From Selaginella moellendorffii (Eukaryota; Plantae; Lycopodiophyta), in contig NW_003314281.1 in the NCBI RefSeq assembly GCF_000143415.4, positions 484,833-548,832 of the forward strand: a DNA stretch of 64,000 bases, written 5' to 3'. The notes beneath the pieces are model-generated. The model was not told the DNA's origin. It searched no databases and was given only the letters and a program-made list of their open reading frames with translations. Position 1 is the first letter of the stretch; every line of letters starts with the position of its first letter. This document shows positions 56,883-64,000 of the stretch, piece by piece. Position numbers and translations under genes: made by a program.

Positions 56883-59800
56883 GACGACGATCGCTTGCAA
56901 CTCCTCCAAATCCTCCTTGTGGTTTTTATATCTGGGGCGCCACGGGTCAAAAAGCAGCAGCTAAAAGCAAGTAGTCTCCTTTTATAAAACTCTGTTTGGA
57001 TCTTCGCCCCCAAGCGCTACACAACCACTGCCCGATGATTGCCTCCGTCGCCTTGCTCCACAACAGATGCCCAGCTGCGGCATTTCCTTGATTCCTTGAA
57101 AAATGGAATGGAGCGCTCTCTTTTTTCTCTTCTCTTCTCTCTCTCTCTCTCTCTCCCTCTTTTCCACCTTTGAAGTCACAAACACTCGTGGGTCATTGAG
57201 TCACCTAACAAGGGAAGCAAAGACACGCTACGTTTCGATTGCTCTAAAACCTTACTCTGGTGTGCTTGTGTCATATATAAGTTTATATATTATATAGAGC
57301 ACTTTGGCTTAACCAGAGAATTTGGATTGCGCTTCAAGACAAGTGTGAAGTGATTTCTGCCCAAAACAATCTTGAGCCCCAAACTGGATAGTGATGTATA
57401 TATACACAAAAACTCGACCACAAGGAAAGGCAGGACTTGCAAAGAGAGAGAGAGCACACGAGAGGGCAAAGTGACAACGATGGATGGTAGGCCGTCAAGG
57501 CGACTACGACCCCAAAACAAGCAAGATGGGGACTCCATCCACCTCCGAGAAAAAGATGCCAGCGAGAGATTCCAAGTGATTCCCACTGCCCAATACGTGT
57601 TGAACTTCCCCTCTTTATCTCCCGCATATTCCCGGGGAATATGCATATTCCAGCCGTACTCCGTCACCCCGTATAATCCCAGTGCCAGAGAGATTGTGAA
57701 ATGCCACGCTCTCCTACGTAGCGAGTCTTACTATCTCTCAGGTGTGGGCGATAAGATCTCCTCCTCGATTCGAGCAACATGCCACGACCTCCGCCCCTCA
57801 AGCTTTGCTTTCCGAAGGACAGGCCATCGATCCATTCGTGACCAACCAACCTGAGCTTCCTTTTTTTTTTTTTGCTTTGCCCTCTTTCCTTTGTTTCGCC
57901 AACTTTAATTTCTTTCGGGAGTGTCTCACGTCATGGGACCACTTTGGAGAGGTTGTGTGTGAGTGTGTATGTGTGTCCACTGTGACTCGTAACTCACAAC
58001 ATAGCTAAATCGTGGCATGACTGAGAGCCGGAGCCAACCGGAGATGGGCCTGGAGAGCATCAACAGCGTTTGGCAGCTGCAATTCAATTCGATCGACACA
58101 GGAAAAATTGGTTTCTAGCCCCGCATGTCGATGGGTCGTGTATAAGGGGCACACATGGCGTTCTTTTGAAGCACGGGTTCTTCGCGATATCAAAGTTGTG
58201 GGACACATTGGATATGTTGGTTGAGGAAAGAAATGAAAAGGTCACGCTTTTGATTATTCCTCCTAGGGTTCAGACTTCCAATGCGAACCAGGCCTTCGCG
58301 GAGCGTTCGCCTCGTTTTTAACTTGCGGTCAAACATTTTCTACTGCCAGTCAATTTGCTACGTCTCACGGGTTGACTTCTGCGTTTCCATCCACCATGGA
58401 AGACTGGCCTTGACGAATTATCCGAGTTGGTGGTTGATTCAATCCAGGAAATCGCTCAGACTATGGGGGCTATAGTGGTACGCCAAAATTTTCCAAAAGA
58501 GTTGCGGATGCAAGACGTGAAATTCCACTCAATTTCTCGCATCTTGATTACAGTGTTGACTAGAAAAATCATTGACATTTGGCATCCAGTAATGTGCTGA
58601 CAGGCAGCTTGTCCGCGTACCAGTGAGCCACCAAGAAATCCACATCCCCCTCAAAAACAAACGTTGACGTGGCGCCATGCTGACGTGCGGCGCACCCGGG
58701 TCGTGCGGGCGCCGCCAGTGGGCTCCCCATTGACCAGCTCTCGGGGTCACGGTGGAAGGGCGCCCGCAATGCGATTTAGCACGAATATCTCGCGGAATCT
58801 CCCTCCAATCACGCATTCAATCCAGCTTGTCCCACTGGATCCGACCAGATTCGCGTGGAGCATGAGAGAGCGCGTACGGAGATCTGGAGCTCCAACACAT
58901 ATCTTGTATGGAATCTCTCCAATCGCTGGAGCGTTACTCTCTCCTCCGGGAGATGTGAAACGATGACCTAACCTGTTGGTCCTCGCGGCATTGCTTTGTC
59001 TTGGTCGTCATCACCTTTGCAAAAAAATGTGTTGCCGGACGAGAGCGGCGTTTTGACAAGTGCGTCAACTTCAGCCGGATTTCCCGGGAGGTTCTATATG
59101 TAATTTCTTCTTCTTGGCAAGATGGGAAGCCGCTATCCTCCATGTCCAACAAAAGTCTGCCCATTCTCTCGAGCTGGCTTGTTCATTCACACTTCTTCTT
59201 TGTCTGCAATGCCTATAGGCTATTTCACTTCCCTGTTGGGAGATCCTGAGGGCCGAAGCATAACCCAGATAAATCATAAACATTGCAAGTTGTGTTCAAA
59301 AACATTAATGCACTCGTGTTCATAACAAATTTGAGTCCATCCTCAGGAAACAATTTTGAACTAAGGAAGAGTTTGCAATGGAACAGATTTACATTGTCCT
59401 GACTCAATAAACTAATGCACCATCCTGGAGATCTCCGTACACCCAAATGGAATCAATCCCAGTGACCTCACTCCCGAGCTTTTATAATATTCTACATTGG
59501 TTGAGAGTGGATCCATGAAGCAAGTGATCTCCAAACATTCCCCTGTGCTGCGAACACGAGAAACAGACGTGAGGAGTCAACTTGAGGAGAGGAGGAACCA
59601 AAAAAAGAGAAAACCATTAAATAAAAGTTGGAAAATCAGGCCCAGTGGGATATCCATCTAACTTCTTACCCAAGTTCATACGTAATGCTAACGCCATGCT
59701 CATGTTTGCAAAGGCCCAGCCTTGAAGCATCATCAGCCGTTGGGATTGAGCAATCAGCTGTCACACAAAACACTAAAAAAAAATTTCAAGTCGAATCAAT

Positions 59801-61834
59801 TTTATGGAGATCTAATAAATTTTATGGTCAGCCCTTTCTCTCTCTCTCTCTCTCGCTCTCTCTCTATCCGGACCCGTTTTCTTGTGAAAGCAAGGTTTGT
59901 TGGGTTTGGTGGTTACATCGCCAGTACTCGAGTCAATTCCCAAAATGTAGCTTAAACAATGCGTGCACAAGTTTGGAGCCCAATTTGATCTCTTTCAAAG
60001 GAGAGGCATTTGCGTGACAACCAAGTTACCCGTCCAAGTCGTGTCACTCCAAAACATGACCGATTCCTGACCACGGGGCCGTGACGCTGATGCGTGCCCG
60101 ATCAAAGCGAAGCCGCAAGCTTTCCCCAACTTCCCTTGTTCTTTCGTTTTTTTTGTTTTCTTTTTTTAGAGTTTTGTTTGTTCGTGGGTGAAGTTGCAAA
60201 ATCTGTGGCAACAGATTGAGCCCGACCCAAACGTTCGTGTGGAAAATCTCCCGCAACAAACGAAAGCAATTGAGAGAAACAGGAATATCATATATGTATA
60301 TACACTGATACGATCCTTACACTCGCATCTAAAAACGTCGGTATACACGCAAGTCTTGTTTCATCTTGATCGGGTCCGGGGAGATTGCGGATTGGACAAA
60401 GCTGGCTGGCTGTGGTTACAAGAACACACCCGCCAACTTGTGTTTAACGCGGGGTGGCGGTGCTTGCTCCTTGGGGAAACTTTGCCTGGCCCATCTCCAA
60501 ACACTATGGGACCGATCTGGGCAATTTTAATCCCTTGATCCAGCTGCAAGATGGGACCATATTGATATACTGCTTTGCCGGTGGTTACTTATATGGCGCT
60601 AAATCCCCGCATTAATCTGTGGAAACTATGTTTCTCCCTTAACAAACCTCATCACGAGTGCATGACCAGGTGATGGCATCGATTAAAGAACCATGCAAAC
60701 GTTAAGGTCAGAGCCGTGAGGTATCTGATTGTCTATTCAGGCTTGCCTGCGGGTGGTAGTACCATACATGAGATTAGCATTTGATTCTCCATACGTGACA
60801 CATCAAGCTCTGAGGAGCTGAATCGATCAGGAACGAGGCCACAGAAGCGTTTCCCAAATGCAACGTACCACACTTATAGACAGAGGTGTTGGTCTAAGTC
60901 TTTGTATTTTATCATGCTTCTCTCAATGAGATTCTCCTCTAGCTGTACCTTGGTTCGTCTGTATAACAGGAAAGAGGAATTCCTAAGCAGCTTTCTGGCC
61001 CAATGATTCCCTTGCAAGTGCGACGCCACATTTTCTATAAAAGGATGCTCGGGATAATACTTTTCGTATTATAATTGGGCTATGAGTTTGTGAGTGTTTG
61101 TGTGCTCTTTATTGTAGAGTCAAAAAAATAAAAAATAAAAACACTAGATGTTGGAGTTTTGGAGTTTGGGTATCTTGGAAAGTTTGTGCAAAAGAGATGA
61201 ACAGAATTGGGAGTGCTTTTGCTTGATTGCCATAAAATCTAGACAATCTGGAAAAGAATGAAGACTCAAAGTTCACAAGGCAGAAAGATGAGTTAATTCT
61301 GAGTTACATGTCGCAAGTTGGCTATAGTCCAAGGCAAACCCAACGACGTATGCCCTGACGTAATGTACCATTTCTGCGTAAGCACGATTGACCACAAATC
61401 GAGATGGTGGTATTTTTTTATCTTGTTGCTATCAAAGAGATTCGAGGGTCACAGTTTTTACCAGTCGCAATACAAAGATATACTTTTCTTTATTGTGTTA
61501 TGCGAAAATAGTTCTTTCCCTTTTGTCCAATTATTCCAAAGAACAAATCTCAACAAAGCTAGATTGTGCACAGCGATGAGCCAAGTCTACAAAGCAATAG
61601 ACGAACAAAAGAGACTCGCAGCGAAGACCTTGAATCTAAAGTTTCGTCACTCATGCATTTATACAAGTCGAGTAATCGCAGTATATAAAAGAATGATAGC
61701 TTTTCTCACCTCTGGATGCTCTCTAAACACAATTTTCACGACCTTTTTCTGTACACGAGTTCATCCATTCAGACGCGGAAGTGTGATTGATCATAGCTTG
61801 CCTGGGAAAAAAAAGCTTGGATCTTGACCGAAAT

Positions 61835-63309
61835 TCACGTCTCTTTGTCCGAGTCCGTCTTCCAGAGCGATGAAGCCAGTGTCGTGGCATCCTCGGCAAT
61901 GTTTTGCCTCCCATTGTCAATAACAATTCGAGGCTCTTCCTTGTGCACCTACAAAATCATGTTATAAGTATTATAAGTTTCCGAGACAATGAATAACGCT
62001 GAAAAGTTCACCTGGGATTGCGAGGATGGAGGATTTGTCGTGGCCTTTTGAGTTTCCAGGATGGAACTCAGGGAGTAGAGACCCATTCCAATCACAGCTA
62101 CCAAGATCCCGGAAATATTTCTCCAGCTGAACGGAGTCTTCAGGACGACGTAGCCAAAAGTCAATATGAGGCAGGTCTTGAGGTGCCCCAGCACCTGGTA
62201 GCTGACAGGAGAGGTTCTTCCGATCACCAAGAAGGTGCTAAAGTTGACGGACACAGCGATCAAGCAGGACAAAACTATAAACATCTACACACACCAGAAA
62301 AAACAAAAAAAAGAAAAAAGAGTGTGGTCAGAGCACTCCAAAGTGACAGGAAATCACGTTTGTTTTACCACGACTTTGGGGTTGTACTCGAAGGCAAAAA
62401 CGTTTTGCTTGGTGAGCGCAAAGTCGAAGATCGGACCCATGAGAATTAATGTCGTGACTTGATAGGGGCAGGACTGGAAGAGAAGCTGGGTGGAAGAGAC
62501 CTTGTACCCCTTCTGGATCGTGTTCGTCATCTGGTAGAACAAGGTTATATAGAAGTTCGGAAGAACTGAAACATGTACACAAGCTTACAATTTGAGCAAT
62601 GCAGGTTGTCAAAATCGCAAACAGCGACAAAACTGTTCCTTGAAAGTTAAGTTGCAGATCCGTGACTGTAGCCACGGCAACTCCGCCCAGGAGAATAACT
62701 AGCGACAGCTGAATCCTGTGGCTGGAACACCACGAGGCATTGGATTTATACTAACTTAATAAGCACAAGAAGGTACCTGAAGTGTTTCCCTAGGAAGATT
62801 GTCTCCAGTATAACTGTGCATGGGATAATCGCGAGCTTTGTCATCTGGAAAAGAAGATTAGCTTGTATAGTATGAGAACTTCAGCTTACCTGGTAGAAAC
62901 CAACTGAGTTGTAGCCCAGGCTGAGGTTGAGGAAGGCAATGGAAGATGCATTGAGTACACCGAAAGCCATGACGACGCGCATGTTAATGTGCTTTTGCTG
63001 GAAAAAGTTGAGCCAGTTTGCGATCTGGAGCGAGCAGTACGTGATCACGAGGTGCCAGCTCGAAAGAGTTGTGGCTGCCAAGATCAAACAATGAAAACTT
63101 TGAAACTTTGCACTTTGGCATCTCTAGAAGCTAAAAGCGTTGGATTTCTCAATCTAGGGGGAACGAAGGATAGAAGTTGCAAACTTACCGAAGTTGAAGC
63201 CCAGGTTTGATATGAGGGCCTTGTTGCAGATGACAATGGCCACCGCCGAGACGACGGACAAAGCCAAAGCTCCGGCCGTGCTCCAGCAAGCGCTCGATTC
63301 CGCGGTCAT
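61835..63309 (-). CDS. Nucleotide-sugar transporter of the TPT/NST family, UDP-xylose transporter (UXT)-like, multi-exon
   Basis: Exons read GALALSVVSAVAIVICNKALISNLGFNF / ATTLSSWHL...LNLSLGYNSVGFYQ / MTKLAIIPCTV / ATVTDLQLN / MTNTIQK...SSTQLL / SVNFSTFLVIGRTSPVSYQVLGHLKTCL / VHKEEP...KET*. ATG at 63309, TGA at 61835-61837. Confidence 0.92.
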
Positions 63310-64000
63310 TGCTAGTCGCAAACTTCCCAAACTCTGGGAGCGACGAGGGAAAAGGAAAAAACACCACCACCAAAGAGCTCCACGTAGAGAGAGTGATGCG
63401 ACCTAATCGATCACAATGTGTGTGGCTACTCCAATGTCCGAAACGAATAAAAGGGACAAGCTTTATTTACGAAGAAAGGAACTGGGAGATATGAGATGAG
63501 ATTGAGATGAGATGCAAGAAAAAGGAATGCAAATTTAAACTGCTAGAAACTTACGTGAGATCTGGTATGAGTTGACTCGAATTGGGCGATGGAGAGGAGT
63601 TTCTTCCTCGCTGTGATCCCCGGAGAGATTGGAGAGAAGGCAAATTCTTTCTTCTCGCTCGCCCCAAGTGTGTGTTCTTGTGACAAAACCAACTGATGCT
63701 TGTTACACGGAGGTGGAGGACCACCAGCAAGTAAGCAACATGTCGCATTCGAGAAGTTGCTCCTCCCTATCAATCAAACACCCAAAACCAAAAAAATCTC
63801 GCAAAGGAACAAAAGAGAGGGAGAGGAAACACTAAGAAATGGATGAGAGAATGAGAGATTTGACAGCAAAGCAGTGCTCCAAACATGTCTTTCGGGCTGA
63901 TGGCCAGTAGTTTTCTCTTCGTAGAGCTGAAAGCGTGCATTCTAGCTAAGATTTCTATCATAATTTAAAGGAAAGAAAGAAAGAGAGAAAGAGAGGATGG

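Overview
This is eukaryotic land-plant nuclear DNA. Very short GT-AG introns, tight gene spacing and degraded PPR-DYW relics suggest a compact genome such as a Selaginella-type lycophyte; that is an inference. The first ~52 kb is a three-copy tandem segmental duplication of a cassette: intronless 4TM-ARM-repeat gene (+), internally deleted ARM relic (+), ureidoglycolate lyase/hydrolase-like gene (-), R2R3-MYB (+). Only the third copy keeps an intact ureidoglycolate-lyase-like gene and a complete MYB. Copies 1 and 2 carry a hAT DNA transposon (18-bp TIRs, 8-bp TSD) whose empty site is visible in copy 3. In copy 1 the hAT has grown to 25 kb through nested insertions: a Helitron, a truncated Ty3/Gypsy element, an inverted solo LTR, and inside that LTR a 17-kb tandem array (4 LTRs, 3 internal regions) of the same non-coding LTR family, which appears to insert repeatedly into itself. 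The window also holds a B-lectin gene end, PPR/DYW pseudogenes, an unidentified inverted pair of gene relics, a second convergent R2R3-MYB, and a UDP-xylose-transporter-like nucleotide-sugar transporter. All coordinates were read by eye; no database searches were run.
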